A DNA stretch of 60,514 nt from Octopus bimaculoides (taxonomy: Eukaryota). Shown here piece after piece: positions 26,400 through 37,998 of the stretch. Below the pieces are notes generated by a model. It saw only the letters and a list, made by a program, of their open reading frames with translations, searched no databases and was not told the DNA's origin. The DNA lies in the NCBI RefSeq assembly GCF_001194135.2, contig NC_068985.1:69798332-69858845 (forward strand). Direction: 5' to 3'. The position numbers were made by a program, and so were the translations under genes. Numbering within the stretch: the stretch's first letter is position 1; every line of letters begins with the position of its first letter.

Positions 26400-28000
26400 G
26401 CCTCAGCGCATGTCTATGAAAAGACGCAAGTTAGGACGCATAACTTCAGACTAAGCTCAACTCTGCTTAAAAAGTATATGGGTTGACGTCAGTTTTGCCA
26501 GTATGCTCCGAAACTCGTCTACATCAAGATTATCTTTCACTCAGGACCTTTAACTCAGAACCACTTCACGATGCAACTAAATATGGACGACTTCACATTA
26601 TTGCCAGTTTACCTTGGATGAAGTGCGATCCTCCGCATAAAAATATCAAACATGAGTCCAGAACTTGATTTCTGCTGTGCAGTGAAATGTGTGATGTTGG
26701 AAGTTCCCAGTATAACTCTCGAAATTAAAAAGTTCAAAAAGTATTATTGGAAGACACCGGAGACAATTCCCAAATTAATAGAGAGATCTGATTCGAATAG
26801 CAATTGCAATTGGTTCTGGAAGACAGAATGCGGTAATGTTACCAAGAACAATGAATTACGGCTGAATGGAGGCTTCGATTCCTGCCAACACCACAATTTC
26901 TACAAAAACAAAATGAGCAACAACTACAAAATCTGCATACAAATATATCTCCAGTGATTGCAGCACCAATAACAGGACAGGAAATTGGAGTTACAGTAAC
27001 AACAGGAGCATCAAATCAAAAGTGGAAACAACAGCGGCAAAAAACAAACACCACCCGCAAGAGGAACCGCATCGCCGATAACAGAAGCAACTGAAAATCC
27101 CCAAATAACACAAGAAATAATGACCCACTAGACATTGTCCTCCTTCTATAGAAACACGCAGATATCTCTAACAGTGAAAGGGCTTTTCCATAGGGTAAAT
27201 GGCAAAATGTTAGTAAGGCAAAGAAATGAAAAGTAACTAAAGCATATCAATACCAACACAAAACACTGGAAGATATGAACAAATGGGTTGAGATGATCTT
27301 TAGCAACAATACTCAAACGTCAATACCATCAGCAGCTACATCAATATATTGTCAACAACATCACTCCAAACACTTCTACCTCCATTATCACAGATATCAC
27401 CATTACAAGCACAACCTAATTCACGCTCACAACAGCTAGGTCACAAACCACAAAACCAACAAATTAGGCATCATTAAGTTTATTGCCATAAATACGAGCA
27501 ATAAACCACTGATGGAACTCATAACAGCCATGCATACATCACACTTAGGAATTTCAACACAACAACACACACAAAAAATCATCCTAACAACGCATAGCAT
27601 ACACACTGCTATAAAAATACAAATATTCCGAAGTAGTAGAGGATTTCAGGAGAAGCGTTAGCGAAAGACTATACAAAGAGCTGCTCATAGAAATAATCAC
27701 ATCTAGCTAGAGGATCGGATCACCTACCCCTATCTCACCTACAAAATCTCTGAAAGTAGCTCATTCATCTTCTTATACCCAATATTCTAACATGGCTACA
27801 TGACCTTGCTCAGAATAAGTAGTACAAATGTATGCAGCCTGGGTTCGTCTCAAAACAAGTCCACCTATTCAACAACATCAGGTCACTAAGTATAGGTGTT
27901 ATAGACATCAGCGAATGCGGATATTCCGATCTGTGAGATTTCATGCCCATTTTCGGTGAATACAAAGTTTACTTACATCCAGGTCAACCTGGTATGTGGG
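26400..28000 (+). mobile_element. Highly decayed Tx1/L1-like 5' portion (possible ORF1 plus ORF2 endonuclease start)
   Basis: From 27800: MTLLRISSTNVCSLGSS...HLFNNIRSLSIGVIDISE, homologous to the ORF2 start at 32930. The upstream ORF1 assignment is weak. Confidence 0.5.
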
Positions 28001-28129
28001 CCTTTTTGGATCGATAAAGTAAGCGTCCAATCAAATACTGGGTTGGATGTTATTTAATAACACTTTTTAAACAAAATTATTATAAATATTGTGATGTAGC
28101 ATAATTCTTAGTGTGTTGGAGAAATTGCC

Positions 28130-28765
28130 TACCGGTTTATCTTCCTACTGTTTAAGTTCTTAGTTCAAATCCGACCAAACTCAATTTTGCCCTTAATTTC
28201 TTCGGTGTTGATTAAAATAAGTACCATTTCAACCCCGAGGTGAATACAACTGGTTTACCATCTCCCAATAAACTCCGAGTCTTGTGTCAAATAGCAGCCA
28301 CAGCAACAATAATAATGATAATCTTTCTGCGAAAGATGCAAGGTCTGGAATTCTAGAAGAAGCTGATCATTCGATAACGCCGACTCCAGTTATCCACTGG
28401 TACTTTATCGATCTTGAAGCGATGGAAGTCAAAATCGACCTCAGCGGTATTTGAACTAAGAACGTAAAGGTGAACAGAATACTGCGGAGAATTTTACCCG
28501 ACGTGCAAATAATTCTACCAAACTACCACCTTAGTAGGAGTAAACTTTATCTACTAAAGTAACAAATACTGAAGTTTGGAGGAAGGGATAGTCGATTACA
28601 TCGACACCAGTACTGCAGTGATACTTAATTTATCGATCTCGAAAGGATGAAAAACAAAGTCGACCTCAGCGGAATTTGATCTCCAAACCTAAAGTCGGCT
28701 GGAATGACACTGAGCATTTTGCCCGGCGTGCTATCGATTCTGCCAACTCACCACTTTACCTTACT
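28130..28765. mobile_element. Cluster of three family-A tRNA-derived SINEs (28130-28300 +, 28340-28532 -, 28545-28765 -)
   Basis: Shared GTTCAAAT B-box-like motif and GTCGAC/GGTCGAT core; copies align to each other and to 53945-54135. Confidence 0.8.
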
Positions 28766-28767
28766 AG

Positions 28768-28768
<1 letters not shown>

Positions 28769-28855
<87 letters not shown>
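28769..28855. repeat. Perfect (AAT)n microsatellite
   Basis: Read directly. Confidence 0.98.
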
Positions 28856-29749
28856 CGTTTTTTGCTTCGTTGTTCCACTATACACATACCTTATTTTGAT
28901 ATTATTAATAGCGATATTGCTTCTTTGCCGGATTACTGAACATGCACCGTAAGCAGTTCCTATTCTGGAAATTAATGCTAATGAGACAACCCCGGCTTAG
29001 TCCTTATGATCGTCTTTATCTCTCAATCATCATAGTCCTCGTCATAATCATTATCGTCACAACTACTGATGTTTATAAGATGTGAATTCTCCAAATATTC
29101 GCCGTCACAGAAAATGATAAAGAGTAGAGATGTAACTTTCTTTCATTAAATTGAAATGAGTAATTATTTTAACAACAGTTAAATAATATCAGTATTAATT
29201 CAGAATCTGTTTTCTTTTTACAATTGCATATTTTCATTCATTATAACAAAAAACCTTTTCATTTCATTTTATTCTGATCTAATTGCAATAACCAGTCCAG
29301 TGTTAGAAAGTCAGCTCCAAATATTTTATTCTGAATCTTTGCTTACATTTGTCCTCTTCTTATTCTTTAAATAGTGTCACGCATCTGTCTTGATTAATAC
29401 TTGCTATGCTTTATCCCCATCACGACCTTATAACTTCATTATTGTTTGTCTAGCAATGTAACACAGAGCAAACTCAGCTAAGCCTCTCCTATCCTTTAAT
29501 CCTTCTAATGCTGCTGCTGATATTTAAGCACTAGCCATTTAATGGAATGTCTCAAAACTCTCAATAAATAAACTCATCTCAGAGCTCCCTTATCAATTAG
29601 ATTAATAAGAAATCTAAAGACCTAATTTCTGAGCAGCTAAAACTGTACTTTATGTATTAACACTATTCATGTATACTGGCTGTCTGAGATAATTCTCAAT
29701 GTCGTCGTCTTTCTTGCATTTGGTTTGACATTTTTGCTGCTTTTGCTTG

Positions 29750-29905
<156 letters not shown>

Positions 29906-30867
29906 TTCATGGCTGTGATTTCTAATGACGGCGATTATAAGTTTATTTCTGGAGAACAGTCGATTTTAAACCAGACGCCTCGACAGGTAATCAAGTTATC
30001 AACTCGTTTATATGAAAGATCACATTTGCATCTGGAATTACATCAGTAGAATTCCGCCTTCGATCGACCTCAAATCTTAATATTATCTACACTATCTTAC
30101 ACTATTTTAGTAGAATGCAATCAAGATCTTATAAGTTACTCATTACTTGTTCAGCTTTATAATTTTCTTCTCAGTTACTGATTTAATTTTTCTAAAACAT
30201 ATTTTTTACCTAAGACAATGTAACTGTCATTGCTCTAAATTATTACACACTAAAAGACATTATCATTAGTATGTCTGTCTGGCAGTTATACAGAAAGTTT
30301 CCCTGGATATTTTCCGACTGACATATATTTAAATAACCATTTTTAAAACTTATAAGTTCTGCTACTTTATAACGACCACATATCCCACTTTGTAACTAGC
30401 TGAATTTCAATTCCTAGTTTAATAATATTTTATTTGAAGTAGAGCATATAACAACAAATATTTAAAACATCCAAATAGAAGTTCTTTACATCATGATCTG
30501 AAATGTAAAAATTTTTTCTAACGTGATGATGGATGCTCGATGTTTCCATTGTTTATTTGCTTCCATTACGGGTTGCATATTTTGTTGATCTATAACTACA
30601 AAATTATGATGGCTCTCCGAGCCTCCAGTAACACCTTACCTCTTCCCATTTAATTTTCTTAGTCGTTTGAACTATGTGTAAATTTGAACCATTAATATAA
30701 ATATCTATATATAATATTTGTACTTAGATCTTCATCATCTGAAAGTCTTCAGATTTTGTTTTTTTCTCGTCGTGCATGTTTACATATATACATATTTTGT
30801 ATATCAAACACAAGCGGTTATATTTAATTCGTTTATCCATATAATTACCTCACTTTCTTCTTCCTCC

Positions 30868-30905
<38 letters not shown>

Positions 30906-30915
30906 NNNNNNNNNN

Positions 30916-30968
<53 letters not shown>

Positions 30969-31017
30969 GTATATATATATATCATCTATCTATCTACCTA
31001 CATACCTACCTACCTAC

Positions 31018-31106
<89 letters not shown>

Positions 31107-31589
31107 NNNNNNNNNNNNNNNNNNNNNNNNNNNNNNNNNNNNNNNNNNNNNNNNNNNNNNNNNNNNNNNNNNNNNNNNNNNNNNNNNNNNNNNNNNNNNN
31201 NNNNNNNNNNNNNNNNNNNNNNNNNNNNNNNNNNNNNNNNNNNNNNNNNNNNNNNNNNNNNNNNNNNNNNNNNNNNNNNNNNNNNNNNNNNNNNNNNNNN
31301 NNNNNNNNNNNNNNNNNNNNNNNNNNNNNNNNNNNNNNNNNNNNNNNNNNNNNNNNNNNNNNNNNNNNNNNNNNNNNNNNNNNNNNNNNNNNNNNNNNNN
31401 NNNNNNNNNNNNNNNNNNNNNNNNNNNNNNNNNNNNNNNNNNNNNNNNNNNNNNNNNNNNNNNNNNNNNNNNNNNNNNNNNNNNNNNNNNNNNNNNNNNN
31501 NNNNNNNNNNNNNNNNNNNNNNNNNNNNNNNNNNNNNNNNNNNNNNNNNNNNNNNNNNNNNNNNNNNNNNNNNNNNNNNNNNNNNNNNC

Positions 31590-32792
31590 ACCACCACTAC
31601 AACTAACACGAACACACAAAATAATTTCGCCGCAGCTTTGAAGTTGAAGAAAAAATTGTCCTTTTCGAAGGAAGAACTGCTTGCTTGAAAGACAATGTTT
31701 AAAAAAGATGTACGCATTATACAACTGCAAACACCGCAAAAAATCATAGAAGACATTAAAAATTTGAGATACAAATAAAATGGCTTGTGGTTGCCATTTG
31801 TTATGATGTCAAGGAGGCAATCCACCTCTTAGAAATCGCTGTCCTAGACCAGCAAAATTGGATTGGTCAAGGAGTAGAAATTCTTGTTCAAGTTGATCCA
31901 ATCAGTATTGAAATAATTCCACATCTCATCAAACTGGCAGACGGTTCGAATTTACATGTGGCCGTCTAAGGCAGAAAGGCAAGTTGCTACGTTTGTGGTA
32001 GCAAATCACACTTAAAAAATTGAGAATTAGCACAGAAACAACAGCGACAACGACGACAAGATCAGGAACAATAACAACAACACCCACAACAAGAAAACCA
32101 AAACCAAGAAAAAAACTAGCACTGCTACCGACATCGGCATATGCACAACTGATAAAACAGCTCTACCAACAAATGAAAGAACATCAACAACCAACCAAAC
32201 GACACCACCATCAGCGCCACCAAGAACAGAAACAATACCAACACCAACAACAAGAGCAACGACATCTCCAAAAAAAGAAAAGAAAAACAAAATTACTCAT
32301 ACCCCACCCCAAAATCCCATACACCACATCCTAACTGTCACCAACCAGCACCAACACCAGCAACAAAATGAATTTAACACACTCAGAAACAGACCCCAAT
32401 AGACTTCCTCTCCCACTTTCTCATTCCTTCAATATGTCGTCAGATGAATACGACACAGAGGATAGGCAAGTGGCCGCAGGCCAGAGGGGAAAAGGGGGTA
32501 AAAAAAAAATAGAGAAGCAAACAAACAAAGCAGGGTAGTTTGCCGCTCCCGAAACCAACACACACGCAGAAAACAAAAGCATTAACGCAAACATACAAAC
32601 ACCAAATGACCCTACAATGCTGACAGCTATAAACACTAACAGTTCAGACCTAATGGAATACATTACGTCAAACACCAACAGAAAACGATACTAAAACAGA
32701 GATAATCAGCTACGCACAACACATTAAAATCATACATATAACACAGAACACACACAACACATTGAAATCTCTCTAGTCGGATGCAGTAGGGA

Positions 32793-32882
<90 letters not shown>

Positions 32883-33479
32883 CCCTTTAGTCTTCCTTTC
32901 GTGTGTAAAACACAACTTTCGATAGGATCATGCTCAGAATAGCTTGTATAAATGAACGTGGCTTGGGGTCTCCTTGGAGACAAGGCTACCCAGGTAAATG
33001 ACATCAAGTCACAGAATGTGCACATCATAGCTATCAGTGAGACCAGACTCTACAACCCGCGGACCATCCAGCACATGTTCAGTGGACATTTCGACATTTA
33101 TTTTTCTCCGTGTCTGCCGAGAATGGGTGGAAGTGGTACCGCAGTGCTTTTTCGGAAGAGTCAGGCTTACAGGGAACGGATTAACACATTAGCTGAGAGA
33201 GCATTGACGGGCGCCATCGTCAACAATAGATGGTGATATGCCATCGTAGGCTTTTTCCTTCCATTGAGAAACCTAATCGTTGTTTTCACATTTTTACTCT
33301 GTTCTCTGATACGCGATACTTTTTGATAGGATGTTTTTTTTACTCGATCCCTTTTGATCGGAATTCTTTTCTTCTTTTTATCTTCTATTTTCCTCTTTTT
33401 TTTCTTTCGAAAAGAAAAGCTCTACATTGTATTTGTCCCATCTGTGTTCGGCTCTGTGTGGGTAATAAAGAAAGAAAGA

Positions 33480-33480
<1 letters not shown>
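31590..33480 (+). mobile_element. Internally deleted Tx1/L1-like element (decayed ORF1, ~80 codons of APE, extreme 3' end)
   Basis: ORF1 WLVVAI...NWIGQGVEILVQV...GRKASCYVCGSKSHLKN* (31985-32023). ORF2 from ATG 32930: MLRIACIN.RGLGS...IIAISETRL...GTAVLFRK. Then ...NNRW and a UTR ending TTGTCCCATCTGTGTT...AATAAAGAAA (AATAAA at 33464-33469). Confidence 0.8.
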
Positions 33481-33530
<50 letters not shown>

Positions 33531-33808
33531 NNNNNNNNNNNNNNNNNNNNNNNNNNNNNNNNNNNNNNNNNNNNNNNNNNNNNNNNNNNNNNNNNNNNNN
33601 NNNNNNNNNNNNNNNNNNNNNNNNNNNNNNNNNNNNNNNNNNNNNNNNNNNNNNNNNNNNNNNNNNNNNNNNNNNNNNNNNNNNNNNNNNNNNNNNNNNN
33701 NNNNNNNNNNNNNNNNNNNNNNNNNNNNNNNNNNNNNNNNNNNNNNNNNNNNNNNNNNNNNNNNNNNNNNNNNNNNNNNNNNNNNNNNNNNNNNNNNNNN
33801 NNNNNNNN

Positions 33809-35080
33809 GCTGAACTTCAGCAGCACATTGAAGAACCTGGTCTAGAAAATCTTCTTCCCATGCTGCAGTATTTTCAATGCTGGACAAGCGAGTCTGAAGC
33901 TCTTTCCTCGACACAGCATTATATATCTTGTGGACATTCAGACGCCGAGGAATGCCCACTGGCCCTCTTCTCTCTTTCACTCTCATCATCATCCGGAACT
34001 TTGCTCGCATCAGACTGTGGTCTGTCCAGCATTCCGACCCATGAAAGGACTTGACATTACAAATGTCATAGATGTCACACTTGCGGATGATGACATAATC
34101 CAGCAAGTGCCAAACTTTAGACCTTGGATGCATCCACATTGCTGTGTGATCAGCTTTGTGCATAAAATAAGTGCTTGCGATGAAAAATCCATGTTATCGG
34201 AAAGCTCCAGCAGCACGAGACCATTGCTATTCATTTTCCCTACTCCAAAACATGCTAGGGAGTCCTATCTTTGCCAATCTATTCCAACCCTGGCATTGAA
34301 ATTCTCCAGTAGAATGAGTTTATCAGAATTGGGATTTTTCCTAAGTATGGCTCTCATCTGGGTATAAAAATAATTTTATTTTCATCACACCTAGCCAAAG
34401 TTGGTGCATAGGCACTTATTAGAGAAGTAAAACCGCCCACCTTTCAGGTGCAATAGTAGAGTCATTAGACGTTCATTTATAGGAACAGGAAACTCCTTCA
34501 ACTTCTTAAAGTATATCAGATCGAACTGCAAAGCCAACATCAGCCTCTCTGCGCACCCCTTTTCCCTCCCCTTTGAATAGGTGTATACTCCTCCTACTTT
34601 CTCAAGCTGACCATTTATACAAGTCTCTGAAAATGAAGCTATATCAATGTTATAACGATTCAGCTTGCGAGCAACAAGTGCAGTGCGTTTTTCATGCCTA
34701 CAATTATTCTTATTATCCATCAGAGTACGCACATTCTAACATGAAATGTTCAAGTTCCTTCTAGATTTTGCAAACAAAAGTCTCTTTGGTTTTCGAGCGC
34801 AGGGTGGACATCCGTCAGTCGCGCTAAATTGACCAGATATAGAAAGGCAAGCAATTTTTGGTTCACTTTTCTAGAACCTCCCCGGCCTCCGACCGAATAG
34901 TTTCCCCTTCAGATGGAGCTGCTCAGACACCCATGCAACAACCGAATCCTACCGCTGTCTTGGACGACAAGGAGACAACTTTATATCTAGCATGGGGCGC
35001 CTACATGTGGGTCACTAACTACATGCTTCCAACTCGTCAAGTGTGCATGCTTTACCACCTTCCCATCGCCGCAAGACATC
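33809..35080 (-). mobile_element. RTE-clade LINE 5' half (5' UTR and APE endonuclease)
   Basis: RTLMDN...RTALVARKLNRYNIDIASFSET; WMHPRSKVWHLLDYVIIRK...CWTDH. The 5' UTR aligns with 48900-49125. Confidence 0.9.
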
Positions 35081-35579
35081 CGAATAAAAATAAAATTAAA
35101 ATATACTGAAAATAAATAAATATATAAATATATAGTAAAAATAAAGATACATATACACTGAAAATAAAATAAATAGATATAGTGGGGGGAAGCAGCACAT
35201 ATGGAGCAATGCCTGTGCAGAGTTTTAGGCCCAATAAGGCTTGCACAACACCTCATATACCCTCACCACTTTATTAATATTATCCAGAGACAAACCGGAG
35301 CAAGATGTCGGATGCCAATATGAGTCGCAAGCTCAGGGATGTGGGAGCGTCATGATCTCTAGCACAAACCAAAGAGCTCCAAAATGTCCAACGCCATTCG
35401 CTGCATATCTGGCGTATACCAGAGTGACCTTCTCCTAGAAACATGCTTCAACAGAAACTGAGGAGTACCTCACTCCCAGTGGTCTTTCAGCAAGCCGGAC
35501 ATCATCTCGGAAATTCTGCGTAACCCTGCTATTGCTAGATAGCCGTTGAGCCAGCACTAGGTTCACCCGACCTTTCAAT

Positions 35580-37335
35580 AAGTAAATTGTATCTTGGTAG
35601 GGCACTTGGAAAGGATGGAATTTGTACTGAGGTCTTGCGATTTGGTAGTTTTTACATCGTACAGCCCCTTCATGAACTTATTAGTGCAGTCTGGATGGAT
35701 GGTGCACTGCATAAGGACTGGAAGGATGCAATTATTCTCCTTCTCTATAAAGGAAAAGGAGCCAGAACAATGTGTGGTAACTACAGTTGTATTGCTCTAC
35801 TATTAGCTGCTAGCAAGGTTCTGGCAAATATTCTTCTTTCCCGCCTTAATGTATATCTCGTTATTGATGTCCATTCTGAACCCTAATGTGTCTTACGATC
35901 TGGTAGAATGATAATGAATATGATTTTCACAGCAAAACAGATGCCGGAATGGTGCTATAAGCGGAATGTGTCCAGGTATTAATTGATTTAATGAAGGTCT
36001 TTGATACTGTGAAAAGGGCTTTGCTTTGGAAAGTTCTTGGCAAACTTTAATATCCGGATCACCTTGTATCTATAATTAAATCGGTTCATGAAGAGATGGA
36101 GGCTTGGGTCAATATTGGTGGTGGTATAGCGTGACCCATTCCTGTAGATAATGGTGTCAAGCAGGGTGACATTCTTTGTGCTTTGCTGTTGCTTCTACTC
36201 ATGCTGTTGCTAAGGTTAGCTCTCTGGGAATATATGTCAGGTATCGATCTTCTGGCCGCCTCTTTAATCTGCGCCGATTTGCTGCCAATTGAAAAGATTT
36301 TCAGTCTCTTATTCCTGACCTCCTTTATGCAGACGTCTGTGACTTAGTCACTCATACAGTAGATGACATGCAAATACTTATGAATCGTATTTCTGCTTCT
36401 TGCAAGGCATTCGGACTCTGCATTAGCCTGGACTAGTCTGTCGTAATGTTCCAGCCTGCACCAGGAAATCCATATGTGGAAGCAGCCATCTTGGTTGAAG
36501 GAACTATTCTGAAAGTGGTAGACAAGTGTGTCTTCCTTGGCAGCACAATCAGCCGTTCTTGCTCCCTGGATGATGAAATATCTTTCAGGCTGCAGAGAGC
36601 AACTGATTCCTTCCGATCTTTTCAGTCTCGTGTCTGGTCCCAGCATGGCATTACAAAGCAAACAAAAATTGCAGTGTACTGATATTCCTCTTTTACTCAA
36701 TTGAGACATGGACCCTTTACAAATGTCATGTAAAGGTCCTTGAACACTTTTATCAGAGATGTCTCAGGCGCATTCTGAATGTTAGCAGAACTTTAAAAAC
36801 TCCAGCCACACAGGTCCTGAGAACAGCTGATATCATGAGCATTAAGGCGACGGTGAACAAGTACCGGTTACGTTGGACTGGACACATTATTAGAATGAAG
36901 GATACCAGGATCCCTAAGTAAGTGTTTTATGGGGAACTTGTGAATGAAGAGAGACCCCGGCAGAAACTAAGGCTATGATTTAAGGACTGTGCCAAGTCCT
37001 CATTAAAGGCCTGTGATATGCAGTAGACTGACTGGGGGAGCAATGCCTATCATCGCCACAGATGGAGGAATCAGGTTAAGGAGTGGGGTCAACACTTTGA
37101 AAGAGCATTTATTCTGCATGAAGAACCTAAGTGTGCTGCTCGAAAGCGAACTGCGGGTGTAGTGAATGGGGAAAGCTTGGTTTGTAATATTTATAGTCGT
37201 GTATGCTTGGTCAAGAGCAGAGCTCATTAGCCACCAACGGAGCCGCAAATGCAAAATATAAGTTAGTCCTATAGCGCACAATGTTCCTGAAGGTTAGCGA
37301 TGGTCTTCCTCGGTCACGAGTGGACGGCCGTCATA
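35580..37335 (+). mobile_element. RTE-clade LINE 3' half (RT to 3' end, (CA)/(CATA)n tail)
   Basis: GKDGICTEVL; WKDAIILLLYKGKG...NYSCIALL; GVKQGD; LLYADVC; VDKCVFLGS; RLRWTGHIIRM; tail after 37332. Confidence 0.9.
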
Positions 37336-37789
37336 CACCCCCACACACACATACACACACACACATACATATATACATACATACATACATACATACATAC
37401 ATACACACGTGTGTCAGTCGAGTCTACAAAATAGTGATTGGAGCGATTATCGAATGAAGTATCCGATAGAAAATGAAAGATATCAGATGAGGTTAAAAGT
37501 GCAGCTATATTGAAGTATATTACTAAAATTTAATATGTCTACAGGAGAATTATACTAATGATGGTCTGCTAGAGTTGCAATAAATAAATAATCAGCTGAA
37601 TAAATTAGACACGTTAGTATGAAATTTTGTACTGCATGAAATGCTAACATTCCCAGTTTAATTTGGTTTACAAAATATATAGAAATAGTTTTGCACTTCC
37701 TTTTTATTTATGCATTTATTTATTTTGAGATGTGATAATATTTATCGCTGAAGCTTCTTGTAAAGTTACGTTCCAAAATTCGTTACGAA

Positions 37790-37998
37790 TTTCAAGGTGG
37801 GGATAAATCGATTACATCGAACCCAGTTCTCAACCGCCTATTTATTTTATCGATCCCAATGCTCAACTGGTACTGATTTTATCAAGCCCCAGCGGATGAA
37901 ATACAAAGTTGACCTTGGTAGTATTTGAACAAGGAACGCACAGACGGACAAAAGCAATTTGTCCGGCGTATTAACGTTTCTGCTAGATCACCGCTTTA
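37790..37998 (-). mobile_element. Family-A tRNA-derived SINE
   Basis: Reverse complement begins AAAGCGGTGATCTAGCAGAAACGTTAATACGCCGGAC and aligns with 53945-54135. Confidence 0.8.

Noticed and set aside
33480-33530. Tx1-like element ending at (TC)n, suggesting microsatellite-specific targeting as in some Tx1-clade families
   Set aside because: The other two Tx1-like ends abut (TAT)n and unique sequence, and the 5' junction is in a gap.
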